Below are positions 49,493-61,776 of a DNA stretch of 64,000 bases, piece by piece. Both the position numbers and the translations under genes were made by a program. The stretch is from Macrostomum lignano (Eukaryota), in the NCBI GenBank assembly GCA_002269645.1, contig NIVC01000485.1, positions 1 to 64,000 on the forward strand, in the 5' to 3' direction. Numbering within the stretch: the first letter of the stretch is position 1; each line of letters opens with the position of its first letter. Below the pieces are notes generated by a model. The model did no database searches and had not been told where the DNA came from. It saw nothing but the letters and a program-made list of their open reading frames with translations.

Positions 49493-52400
49493 TTGTTGTT
49501 GTTGTTGTTTTGGTGGTACGCGCCCAGGCAGAGCTAAGGGCAGTGTCTGGCCAGCGCTATCAACCCGAGGGGGTCGGCGGAAATGCTGCTGATGTCTGTC
49601 GTGGGTCCTCCAAGAAGGCGGAGCCTGGTGCCAGCGAGAGCTGGGCAGTCAAGCCAGTGTTCCAGGTCATCGCAGGGATGGCCGCAGCGGTGACATGCCG
49701 GGTCGACGGCCGGGTCGACAATGCTGCGATACGCGTTGAAAAGAGTGCAGTGACCTGAGCGTAAGCGCGCAAGAAGCACCGCATCGGCACGGTTGGTGAT
49801 GGAGTCCTCTTCCAATTGACGGTTGAGAAGCCGGTACGCGTGCCGGGTGCGCTCGTGGCGTATCGGGGGATCGAGGACGGATCTTCTGATGACGTTTTTG
49901 GCGCTGTGGATGCTGATCTGACTAGCGGGAGACACGAGCGTGGTGGCCTCTTTGGCTGCTTGGTCGGCCAGCTCGTTGCCAGGAATATTCTGGTGGCCCG
50001 GAACCCACTGCCAGGTGATTTCGGCAGATGCAGTAGGTAGTGCAGATCTGATTCTGGGGTTGCCGCTGGCCAGAGCGCGGAGCATAGATTGGCTGTCGGA
50101 GCAGATGTTGGTAGCCGCGGTGAGAGCAGCTTGGTTGATCCAGCCGATGGCGAGAGAGGCGACGCGAAGCTCCTCTTCGAACGAGGATGTGGAGGGCGCG
50201 CCGCGCTGTTGAAGAGTCGCCAGGATGATAGGGTGGGCTGGGTCACCGGTCGTGACGATGGCTGAGGCGCCGCCATTGGTCGTGCCGCCTGATGCCGAGC
50301 CGTCGCAGTAGATGGTGATCAGGCCTGGGAGGTGGCGGATAGTGTCGATGGCCGTGGCTGTGCGCGCGGGACCGGGTTCCGGCAACGCCATGTCGACACG
50401 CACGTCGGTAGAGAAAGGGTCCCAAGGCGGCGGACGAGCAGTGCAGATCATGGCGCGCGGCGTGACCGAGCTAGCTATGAGTGGCAGCAGGTCGGTGACG
50501 TGGTTCCGCCAACTGTTCCTGCGTAGCCTGTGCGCTGTGTTACCAGTGGCGGCAATGCGGCACGGGTGAGAATCCGGGAGGCGCTGAGCTCTTTCGAAGG
50601 CCGTCAGGCATATAACATTGCTACCAGTGCGGACGGAGCAGATGCCAGCTTCCAGCCTAAGGGCCTCAACCGGTGTCGTGCGGTGTTGTCCTGTGACAAT
50701 ACGAAGAGCTGCGTTCTGCGCTCTCTCCAGCTGTTGAAACGCGGATTCAGAGAGCCAAGGGTGCCAGGCCGGCGCTGCTAAGTTAATGATGCTAAGTTGC
50801 ATGGCACGGTAAATGCGGATCAGGAGTTTTTTGGACCAACCCCATTCCTTGGAGGCCAGGCAGGCGAGGAGACGGCAACGGGAAGTGGTCCGATTGCACA
50901 CGTGCTCCAGATGGCTGCGGAAACTCAGAGTGCGGTCCAGTGTGAGGCCCAGCAGCCGAGGCGTTGGATTGTGCCGCAGGTTCCGGCCTTCGATAGAGAT
51001 AGCCGGGGACCAGGCGGCTTCGCTGGTGTCCGTGGAGAAAAAGGCGGCCTCGCTTTTGTCTGGGTTTAGGACCATTTTGTGCTCATTGCTCCAGCGGGCC
51101 ACGTTGTCGAGTGCTCTTTGCACAGCGCGTTGAGCCTCTAGCTTGTTGCGGTGGCGGGCGCGGAGGGCGATGTCGTCGGCATACATGGAGATCTCTGCCG
51201 GCGGGTTGACCACGTCATTGACCGTGTCAATGAAAATAAGGAAGAGAAACGGAGCGATGACCGATCCTTGCGGGAGGCCCTGGCGCATGATAACCGGTGA
51301 GCTGCGAGGACCGTGGAGTTGCACGCGGGCAATGCGATGGTGCAGAAAGGCCGCAGTCCATTTTATAAAGACAAGAGGGACGCGTTTGCGTGCCATAACG
51401 GTGATGAGGCGCTCACGCCACACTTGTCAAGGCTTTACAGAAATCAAGCAGAGCAATGATCGTGCGTTCAGATGGTTTGAGGTTCATCCCGTCGCTGATG
51501 TCTTGGGTGACTCTCAGGAGCTGATCCTCGCAGGAGTAGTTGGCCCGAAACCCCGCCTGGTTCGGGGAGATCCAGCCGTGGCGCTCAGCCAGGTGGTGCA
51601 ATCTAGTGACCAGGATGCGCTCGAGCAGCTTGACAATACAGGATGTGAGGCTGATGGGGCGAAAGGCCGCGATGTCCCGAGCTGACTTTCCAGCCTTGAG
51701 CAGGGGAATAATAATCGCGGTGCGCCAGGATTGAGCGACGGCCGCGTGCTGGAAGGACCAGTTGAAGAGACTAAGCAGCTCTGCGCGGGCGAGCGGGCCA
51801 AGGGCCTTAATGAACCGAGGCGTGACCTCGTCGGCGCCAGCAGCGCCGTTAGCACGCTGGTGTTGTATGGCGGAGTCCAGTTCCTGCTCGGTGATGGCGG
51901 CGTATCCGTCGTGGGTCGAACCTGGGAGCGGAAGGGGAAGCCGAAGGATGGCTTTGGCTTCTCGGATAGTAGCGCGATCCGAATGGGAAATGTGGTACCT
52001 GCTGACAGAGGCGTACTGCTTGGCAAAGGCGTTGGCTTTGTCTCTAGGGTCTGTTAACACTTTGTTGCCGACCTGGAGGGCCTCATTAGGGCAGTTGGAG
52101 TCCGGAGTGCCGTTAAGGCTGCGGATGAACTTCCACGCCTTGTTCGAGTTGGGCTCTTTCTCAAGATCGGTTATCGTGTCACGCCAAGCAGCCTCTTTCG
52201 TTGCCCTGGCAATTTTGTGAACGTTGGCGCAGGCGCTGAGCCAATCTTCTCTATTCTCGCCAACGGAGCGCCTGAGGCGGTTACGGAGCTTAATCGCCGC
52301 TTTGAGTTCAGGGGTGAGCCAGGGACGCGGTCTGTGCGAGGTACGGACTTTGCCGATGCAAAGGTTTGCCGCTTGCATGACTATATCATTAAAACGTTTG

Positions 52401-52789
52401 GCTCTGGCGTCAAAGGTAAGATGCTCTTTGTGAAGGGCTTTAAATTTGTCCTCGACGACCGTTTGGAAAGCATTCCAGTCGACCCCTTGTTTGCGCCATA
52501 TGAGACGGCTTTGGGCCTTAGGCAAGGTCCTAACCTTGAGGTCAAGGCGGATCACAATCGGCGTGTGATCACTGCCGAGGTCATCGGAGACTTGCCAGGT
52601 GCATTTGCTAGCCAGCTTTGAGGAGGCGAAGGACACATCCGTTGAGCTTTCGCCACCTGTGGCTTTATTGACTCTGGTGGGCGAGCCGTCGTTAAGGATT
52701 TCCAGTTGCGAGTCGATGGACCAGTCCAGGAGCGTGGAGCCTCGTTCGTCCTGGGGCTGTATAGGGTCCCAGGCCGGAGAGTGCTCTGT
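49493..52789 (-). mobile_element. 5'-truncated non-LTR retrotransposon B (I/Ingi-like): APE C-terminus, RT, RNase H, CCHC
   Basis: APE GSDH, FRPISLTSC, GLPQGSVIAP, MYADD, RNase H YCDGS / WVPGH..IPGNELAD, CHRCGHPCDDLEHWLDC; (AAC)n tail; frameshift near 51420. Confidence 0.92.
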
Positions 52790-53149
52790 GCTGCTGCTGC
52801 TGCTGCTGTTGTGAGGGGCCTGCTCGCCCCCACAAGGCTGAAATTGCTGCTTCAGCGGCCGAACGTTTTGATGCCATGCTTCTGCTGCTGCTGCTGTGCT
52901 ACTGCGATTGCGGCTGATGCTGCTGTGATTGCGACTGTGACTGCTGATGCTTGCGGTTTCTGATGCTGCTGCCGTTTGCTGATGTTGTGACTTCTGCTGT
53001 TGTTGCTTCTTCTGCTGCTAGCTGTGCTGATGCTGCTGCTGTGTTGCCGCTGTTGCAGGCTGATGCTGTTGAAGCAGTTGATGCTGCTGTTGTGGCTTCT
53101 GCTGCTGCTGGCTGCTTTTGCTGATGCTGCAGCAGCAGCTCTCACCCGC

Positions 53150-53157
53150 TTTATATA
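53150..53157 (-). promoter_or_regulatory. Candidate TATA box for the polyQ exon
   Basis: TATATAAA on the minus strand, followed by an ATG-free CAG-rich leader up to the first ATG (AGCATGG) at 52877. Confidence 0.45.
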
Positions 53158-53449
53158 CCCTGCGAGAGGGAGGATGGGGTAGGGGCACGAGAGGTGTGCG
53201 TGATTTTCTTTCCCGGGTCTATATTTTCTAGATTAGTGTACGATTGTACACTCGGTTCCGCATTTGGTATAGAAAAGTTGGGGGTCGAAAATACCCCACC
53301 AATTCTTTTCTCATGCGGTATTTTATTGGATCTGAGCGGAGCCACCCAACCAGCATTCTCGCAGGAGTGAAAACTGCTGCTCCGCCAGAGTACAGTCTCT
53401 TAATTAGGAAGACCGCTTCCTCTTGCAGCATGTCTTTTCGACTTGAATT

Positions 53450-53990
53450 GGATAGAAAACGGTGTTTATTCAAAAGACAATACCTTGGCGGACCAATAAT
53501 AGCTAAATACAGATGAAAAATATGAAAGATGACTTCTGTGGTTTTTAAGGCCCGCCGGTCTCTGCGAGAAAATGGTTGTTAAAAATCGCTGTATCAATTT
53601 AAGAACCTGGGAGAAATGGGGCTTGTGTGCAAAGCATCTGATTGACAGAGGCTCGGGGAAGAGAAATAGTCGATGAAAAGCTCTTGCCATCATCCAAAAT
53701 ATCCATCAAAGAGTAATAAAGGTGACAGCCCCTGTCGCAAGCCAAATCAGAGACAGAGTTTTCTACTTCTGTTTACGTAATGTTTAGGGATGGACCTGGG
53801 GTTATAGGGACAGAGAGTCAGTTATGGCATTTACGCGGTAGTAAAGAATTGCCTTGGTGAGGCTTGGGTAGGTGTTGTTCTCTCCATATTGGCGAACATT
53901 AATAGTCCTGGGTTGAATTTTGAATATGGCTAGAATGTATAGCGGCCGGAGAATCGTTGAATTGAAGGGTGAATCAACATGCAAAGTATG
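53450..53990 (-). pseudogene. Highly degenerate non-LTR retrotransposon remnant (related fragment ~57780-57900)
   Basis: GLRQG.LSPLLL at ~53711-53743 and SPFNS(DH)-like APE C-terminal peptides at ~53960 and ~57810. Confidence 0.4.
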
Positions 53991-54467
53991 CAACAAAACC
54001 GATTCAGTGCATCTAAAAGAGGCTGTTGTGAGCTTCAGAACTGAGAATAACGTTTAAAATAGCATCAATGGCATGATGTAGTAATCGAAATCAATTGAAT
54101 GCTGAAAACTTTAGGTTTAATAGGGTAATTGCAGACTGTGTTTTTAGCCCCAATTTTTACAGTGTCTATAGAATATTTCCCCAGCTTCTTGGACAATGTA
54201 CATGCCTATTTGAATGACAAAACAACATTTTTTGATGGTATATTAGCTAAAATTATGATTTCTATTGATAAAATGGCAGATTTTGATCCATAAAGTAAGC
54301 ATTTTAACGTTAAAAATCGAAAAATGAGGAAAACTCGTGTTTTTCATGAAAAAATTGCATTACTAGCAATTTAGCCTCCATTAACTATTTCTTGGGCTGG
54401 GCTGTAGACTTCCGTGTGGGATTCATTCCTGCTTCGAAGCCGTCTCAAGTAGTTGAAACGGGATAGC

Positions 54468-56063
54468 TACGTTTGCCTGCGGGACGTTTGCCAGCCGACG
54501 TTTGCCTGCGAGACGTTTGCCAGCCGACATTTGCCAGCCGACGTTTGCCAGCCGACGTTTGCCAGTGGGACGTTTGCCAGCCGAAGTTTGCCTGCCGGAC
54601 GTTTGCCAGCCGACGTTTGCCTGCGAGACGTTTGCCAGCCGACATTTGCCAGCCGACGTTTGCCAGCCGACGTTTGCCAGCGGGACGTTTGCCAGCCGAA
54701 GTTTGCCTGCCGGACGTTTGCCAGCCGACGTTTGCCTGCCGGAAGTTTGCCAGCCAAAATTTGCTAGCCAATATAAAGCCAGTCAGTGAAAAATTTGATA
54801 CTGAAACATTCGCAGTTTAGCGGTTTGACAAAAACCGTTTTTACTCCAACTTTTTGACGGTTATTCGCATGTATACAAGTTTGAAAGCAAAATATATAAA
54901 TTAATGCAGTTCATCAGTCTAACGTCTAATATCTAGTTTAACAACGATTTTGGCACAACATATCAAAAGATGAACATTGGGTTTGCCTCGTATGAAAGCA
55001 ATAACAATTGTTGTGCTGAAAAGATGAAAACTTCCTATCTCCCTATGGCCTTGAAAACATTTTTCATAGATTTCGAGTGCTGCGTACTTCTACTTTAGTA
55101 GTCCTTGGCATGACTAAGCTTTGCATACGTAGTGTCTAGCGCTTGCTATTCTACTAGCTTGCTACTGGCGGCTTGTCTGGCTATTCAGCTATATAGCTTA
55201 CTATAAAAACGTACCGCATTCGACTCGTCTACACATGTACGTTGAGATCGCGGTTTCCTTGCTTACTTGAGTAGTAATACAACAGAATTGGAATCAATTT
55301 GCTTACTTTTAGATCTCCCAATGAACTGAGAAATATATGAGCCAGAATTACCGCTCAGCAGCTCTTTTTGTTTGCCTCATAACTTAATCGCTGGAGATTC
55401 CCGTTGTAATCTGCGCGTCTTCTTTCGCACATCAAAAATCAAACATCTCAAACTGGGAAAAACGATACACAATTGTCAAAAGTAAACAATATTTTAACAT
55501 TCAAAGAAAATCGTTGTTAAACTGGATATTAGATGTAAATCTATATAAATTGCATAATATATAAATTGCATAATGCATAATTGCATAATTTATATAGATT
55601 TTGCATAAATTTCATAATTTATAGATTTTGCTTTCAAACTTGTATATATGCAAATAACCGTCAAAAAGTTGGAGTAAAAACGGTTTTTGTCAAACCGCTA
55701 AACTGCGAATGTTTCAGTATCAAATTTTTCACTAACTGGCTTTATATTGGCTAGCAAATTTTGGCTGGCAAACTTCCGGCAGGCAAACGTCGGCTGGCAA
55801 ACGTCGGCTGGCAAACGTCCGGCAGGCAAACGTCGGCTGGCAAATGTCGGCTGGCAAATGTCGGCTGGCAAATGTCGGCTGGCAAACGTCGGCTGGCAAA
55901 CGTCGGCTGGCAAACGTCCCGCAGGCAAACGTCCGGCAGGCAAACTTCGGCTGGCAAACGTCCCGCTGGCAAACGTCGGCTGGCAAACGTCGGCTGGCAA
56001 ATGTCGGCTGGCAAACGTCCCGCAGGCAAACGTCGGCTGGCAAACGTCCCGCAGGCAAACGTC
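54468..56063. mobile_element. Foldback-type element with ~0.5-kb inverted arms built from 14-15-bp tandem repeats
   Basis: Arrays of ACGTTTGCCAGCCG at ~54470-54750 and inverted at ~55765-56063; inner unique TIR portions at ~54750-54950 and ~55510-55765; no TSD. Confidence 0.85.
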
Positions 56064-56065
56064 GT

Positions 56066-56946
56066 AGACCCCTGTGACCCTTTGCATTTTGCGCCTTTTT
56101 GAGCCAGCCGATGCCCAGGTCTAGTATCCTATCTGCAACCATAGGCATTTCCGCTAGCTCATGTAAGAATTTAGTTTGCGTGTAACTGGGAGCACCATAG
56201 CATAATCTCAGGGCTAGATTTTGGGTTTGTTGGAGTTTGGTGATGCTGTCATTTCTGAGTACTTGGAGAATTGGTGCCCCATAGGTCATGGTGCTCTCAA
56301 CATATGCTCTGTAGAGCATTTTTAGTGTCTCACTGCTGAGTTTAGTAAGTTTGGAGATTCGATGGATTGACATAACAAGTGCCCTGCATTTGGTGATTAC
56401 AGCCTCACAGTGGGGTTTCAGGGTGAGTTTATAGTCAAGGTTGATGCCCAGAAATTTCACTTCTTTTTGGTAGATTAAGGACGCGTCACCTAGTTTCAGT
56501 TCTGGCCTAATGTCCCTTCTAGTCGGGTTCGCTGGGGCATAGGAAAAAACTATGGCTTGACTTTTGCTAGCGTTTATTTTGATACCTTGTTCTCCGCACC
56601 AGGCCCAAAGGCTGTTTAGGTAGGGTTGAACTACATTTCGGAGTTCTCCGAAGGACTTGGCAGATGCCCAGATGGCCATGTCATCTGCAAATTGACTTTT
56701 CCTAATGTTTGGATGACCCGTATGGGGCATTGTGCTAATGAAGAGCAGGTACAAGAAGGGGCTGAGTATACCTCCCTGGGGAACGCCTGCCATAATTTGA
56801 AACGAGTCACTGAGGATGTTGTTAACTTTGACCCGAAAACTCCTGTTCTCAAGGTAGTTGGAGCAGATCCTGGTGATGGCTGTTGGCAAGTCTATCTGGA
56901 ACATTCTATACCTAATATAGTTGTGGACCATCGTGTCAAAGGTTGT
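56066..56946 (-). mobile_element. Jockey-like LINE RT fragment
   Basis: FDTMVH, GVPQGGILSPFLY, QFADD, FLGINLD, GAPSYTQ; its 3' end is replaced by the foldback element. Confidence 0.85.
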
Positions 56947-58255
56947 GCGGGATTCATTCCTGCTTCGAAGCCGTCTAAGGTCAAGTTAAAAACGACATTT
57001 GGACACATTAGCTGTTGAAATTATGGTTTCCAGTGATGAAACTACTGATTTTGATCAACAAAGTCTGCATTTTAACGTAAAAATGCATAAAAAATGGTGA
57101 AAAATTGTATTTTCTTATGAAAAAATGCACATTTCTAGTCATTTAGCTTTCAAAATAACCAAATTTCTTGTTTGAAATTCCAACTTTACTTTGTATGGAG
57201 AGGTCAGTGCATGATTCATTCCTGCTTCTAACAGATTAAACCGACCGTCTCAAAGACCAAGTCTGAAAGCTTCAAGTGAGAAGGCATGGGGAGGCGGAGA
57301 GGTAGAATTGAATATTTAAATATGTGGACTTCACTACTTCTAGTATAACGCAAGGGTGACTTATACAATTTACAAAGTTTAGAATCAAGTAAATCAGAAT
57401 TGCATGCGGTGATTCATAGGCTGTGTACATTTACAAATGCAGCTGGGGTTTGTCAATGCAGGTAGAGGTAGAGGTTGGCGGACTCGGATTTGTTCAGATT
57501 CTTGGGGTTGATGTGTGCATTAAAAGTTGGTTTCTTGCTAACTGCTTCTATAGGGGTATGGATGACGTAATCGGAGAAGAGAGGGGTTTTGCTGAATGAA
57601 GTTTAATATAGGGTCTGTGCTGTGGAAAGATCTGTCTGTACACTGAAAATGGAGAGAGGGTCGAAATTCCTTGGCATTTAGAAGGGGAGAGAGAGAACAG
57701 GGGCGAGTGTTAAAATTTAGCTCGATTTGCTAGGGTCTGCGCTGTGAAGACGAGTCTGGTGAACATCGGAGGGGTGGCTGTTTTCGAACAGTCTTGGGTT
57801 GAATTTTGACTATGGTCCGAGTTAAAGGGTGATTCAAAATTTAGTATAGGAGCTTCGAGGGGTGAGGATATACCGTACAGCAGTAGCAGTTGATAATTAC
57901 CAATTAAAGGTCTTGTATCATCCGCACTGTCAATATAGAATTATAAAGCACTGCTTCAACACAGTCCTGCATTTGGGGTCTGACTTGGGGAGAGGCTTGG
58001 ATGACGCAACCCCCACCCCATCGCTTGGCGAGAGTTTGTACAGGCCCGCCTCTATATGATAGTATGTGTATTTTATAAGTGATTTTGAATAAATTATCAG
58101 CATATTCAAACCTACAGTCTCCGAGGGTGAAAATGTACATACCTAATTTTTGGGGTATGTGGCGGATATGAGTATAGAGGCTATCGATGTACATATAGAC
58201 TCCGACCAGTATTATTCAAATCTGTCTGAGAAATGTACATTGGAAATATACATTT

Positions 58256-58640
58256 ACGTTGTGAGGTACACAATTAGTTGACTCATTTGGTAGTAGTAGA
58301 TGAGATTGTACAACTGTACATGTAGTAGGGTATCGAGTTGTAATTTTGGTGTGCGCGCGGGCCGTCTGGGGATGACACTGTACATGTAGATTAATGCACA
58401 TACTGCGTACATATAGAATTGGGGATAGACATGGACAATTGAGATAGATAGGGATTAATGTACATGGGATTAATGTACATATATGAGTACATGGATTAAT
58501 ACGACTACATATTGCCATGTATATCACGCTTAGGATACCGTTTTCATATACTACTTACTTCATTTTCAGATAGTAGTATAATTTGCTTTTTTTGCGTCAA
58601 AACATCTGAAAATCAACCGTTAAAGGCGCGATACGTAGTG
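58256..58640 (-). repeat. Right terminal inverted repeat
   Basis: Ends GGCGCGATACGTAGTG; reverse complement of the left TIR with indels and substitutions. Confidence 0.92.
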
Positions 58641-58735
58641 TCACGGCCCCCCAGATACACATTTAGGTCACGGCCCCAGAGATACAAATTTAGGTCACGG
58701 CCCCCCAGATACAGATTTAGGTCATGGCCCTAGAT
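58641..58735. repeat. Short ~28-30-bp tandem repeat abutting the right TIR
   Basis: TCACGGCCCC(CC)AGATACA(C/A/G)ATTTAGG x3-4. Confidence 0.85.
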
Positions 58736-59819
58736 ACTTATAGCCCAGGTGTAATCAAGAGTTTTTTACATGTAGTCGATAAATTAAATATTCACTAACC
58801 AACTAATCTTGCTAGCTATCTTATTGCCTGGAAACTAATAAATTTCATTGTTTTTACTGTCACATTTCAATTGATAAAAATTTTACTAAGTTATCCTGCA
58901 ATTTCTGCGATGATGCTGTCTATATAGTCACAGCTTTGCTATTGTTATACTGTAATTATTTTTGTGGCACTATTAAAAAAACTACTTTTTTACTACAAGT
59001 ACGAGTAGCATAGATAAATGCATTAGCATAAATATAGTATCAAACAAAACTACACGTGTATTGTTATTAATTTCATACCTACAATATTTCGCTATTTCTA
59101 CTGTAAGTAAAGCATTAGGGAAATACTAAGGTATAGAAATTGTAGTTGCATCGCTTAATTTTTTAAAATAAAGTAAAATAAAGATAGGAGCACACAAGCG
59201 TTGCAAAGTGAAATATATATATATAGTGTAGGCAACACCTGAAGTAAAAATCAACAATGAGAAAACTATAAATAAATAAATTTATTTGGGTTAATTAATC
59301 AACTACTACAGGTTAAAACTCCTTAAATCAGCAAAATAATCACAACACAGCAACACTGTTGATTAATTCTATGCAAATTACTATATAATATTCTCTTTTA
59401 CCAATCGGCAAAATAAAATATTGGTAAAATACGTTTCATACTACTCAGTTTATAACTATGTGTAAAAGAACAAGTAAAATTGGGCGACATATAATAGATT
59501 TAGTAGTTCTAAAATAGAAAGGTGGTAAAAACGAAGACCAGAAAATAACTGTAAAATGTAGCAATGTTACACTACTTACTAATTACTGTATATACTACTT
59601 CCAAGCATCAGGAAAATGAGTAGTACAATGTCGGAGATTTAGGCGCGTAAAACTGCGACAGCAACAGCAAAACAGGCAAGTCAAAAAGTTTTTACACCTT
59701 TTTAAAACGGCATTCGATTTTAAAATGTAATAGAAATGAGATGACAACCAACTCTTAGAAAGTGGCAACTAGATGCAAGAAAACAGAATTTATTTTTTGA
59801 GAATATAGCGCATATTTCA

Positions 59820-61330
59820 AAGAAAATGGCACCTAATTCTAAGAAACTGGCGAACAATTCCAAGAAAATGGCACCTGATTCTAAGAAACTGGCGAACAAT
59901 TCCAAGACAATGGCACCTGATTCTAAGAAACTGGCGAGCAATTCCAAGAAAATGGCACCTGATTCTAAGAAACTGGCGAACAATTCCAAGAAAATGGCAC
60001 CTGATTCTAAGAAACTGGCGAACAATTCCAAGACAATGGCACCTGATTCTAAGAAACTGGCGAGCAATTCCAAGAAAATGGCACCTGATTCTAAGAAACT
60101 GGCGAACAATTCCAAGAAAATGGCACCTGATTCTAAGAAACTGGCGAGCAATTCCAAGAAAATGGCACCTGATTCTAAGAAACTGGCGAACAATTCCAAG
60201 AAAATGGCACCTGATTCTAAGAAACTGGCGAACAATTCCAAGACAATGGCTCCTGATTCTAAGAAGCTGGCGAACAATTCCAAGACAATGGCACCTGATT
60301 CTAAGAAACTGGCGAACATTTCCAAGAAAATGGCACCTGATTCTAAGAAACTGGCGAACAATTACAAGAAAATGGCACCTGATTCTAAGAAACTGGCGAA
60401 CAATTCCAAGAAAATGGCACATAATTCTAAGAAACTGGCGAACAGTTCCAAGAAAATGGCACCTAATTCTAAGAAACTGGCGAACAGTTCCAAGAAAATG
60501 GCACCTGATTCTAAGAAACTGGCGAACAGTTCCAAGAAAATTGCACCTAATTCTAAGAAACTGGCGAACAGTTCCAAGAAAATGGCACCTAATTCTAAGA
60601 AACTGGCGAACAGTTCCAAGAAAATGGCACCTAATTCTAAGAAACTGGCGAACAATGCCAAGAAAATGGCACCTGATTCTAAGAAACTGGCGAATAATTC
60701 TAGGAAAATGGCACCTGATTCTAAGAAACTGGCCAACAACTCCAAGACAATGGCACCTGATTCTAAGAAACTGGCGAACAATGCCAAGAAAATGGCACCT
60801 GATTCTAGGAAACTGGCAAACAATTCCAAGAAAATGGCACCTGATTCTAAGAAACTACTGACGAACAATTCCAAGAAAATGGCACCTGATTCTAAGAAAC
60901 TGGCGAACAATTCCAAGAAAATGGCACCTGATTCTAAGAAACTGGCGAACAATGCCAAGAAAATGGCACCTGATTTTAAGAAAGTGGCGAATAATTCTAG
61001 GAAAATGGCACCTGATTCTAAGAAACTGGCCAACAACTCCAAGAAAGTGGCACCTGATTCTAAGAAACTGGCGAACAATGCCAAGAAAATGGCACCTGAT
61101 TCTAAGAAACTGGCAAACAATTCCAAGAAAATGGCACCTGATTCTAAGAAACAGGCGAATAATTTCTAGAAAATGGCACCTGATTCTAAGAAACTACTGA
61201 CGAACAATTCCAAGAAAATGGCACCTGATTCTAAGAAACTGGCGAAAAATTCCAAGAAAATGGCACCTGATTCTTAGAAACTGGCGAACAATGCCAAGAA
61301 AATGGCACCTGGTTCTATAAGTGGCGAATA
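59820..61330. repeat. 42-bp minisatellite (two related 21-bp halves), about 35 units
   Basis: Unit AAGAAAATGGCACCTGATTCTAAGAAACTGGCGAACAATTCC, degenerating towards ~61520. Confidence 0.95.
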
Positions 61331-61776
61331 ATTCTAGGAAAATGGCATATATTTTTCTAGGATTAATAAGATATATTTTTCTAAGCGCATTTTTCTAAGA
61401 AAGTGTAACCTGAATCTAAGAAAATGGCACCTAATTTCAATAAAAAGACGCACAATTCTAAGAAAATGGCACCTGCTTCTAAGAAAATCCCGTATATTTC
61501 AAAGAAACTGGCACCTAATTACTAAAACAAAAGGCACCAAACTATAAGAATGTATGACACTTGATTCTGAGTAACTGAAGTCTCAATACATGATCACACA
61601 AGCTGCGAATTTAACAAATGGTTAGTCGGGAAGCGAGTTTGTTTAGTAAGAAAATAAAAACATGAGTATATATAGAGAGAGAGAGAGAGTTATTGAGAAC
61701 AGCACCTTTTGAAGTCGGGCATGCAAAAAGGTAACGGTTTGTGTTAAAAAGTTCAACAAGGCACCCAGGCAATCAG

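Larger units (their letters stand above)
47550..52877 (-). pseudogene. PolyQ-containing first exon split by the two LINEs (52877-52790 plus ~47602-47550)
   Basis: MASKRSAAEAAISALWGRAGPS(Q)n on one side, (Q)nHQPPAAKRGRPL followed by a GTGAGT donor on the other. Confidence 0.6.
36995..58640 (-). mobile_element. ~21.6-kb TIR-bounded element carrying a protein-primed DNA polymerase B (Polinton/Maverick-related), heavily invaded by other TEs
   Basis: TIRs ~36995-37405 and ~58256-58640, both starting CACTACGTATCGCGCC; pPolB gene just inside the left TIR; no TSD found. Confidence 0.7.

Noticed and set aside
47449-52220. Many antisense and alternative-frame ORFs over the LINEs (likewise over the LTR elements and pPolB)
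   Set aside because: Shadow ORFs of GC-rich coding sequence.
54445-54820. Multiple repetitive ORFs on both strands (also 55698-56102)
   Set aside because: Products of the 14-15-bp foldback arrays.
57904-58194. GIY-YIG (Penelope-type) endonuclease
   Set aside because: Motif spacing is wrong and there is no conserved R...H or E; adjacent sequence looks like decayed APE-LINE.
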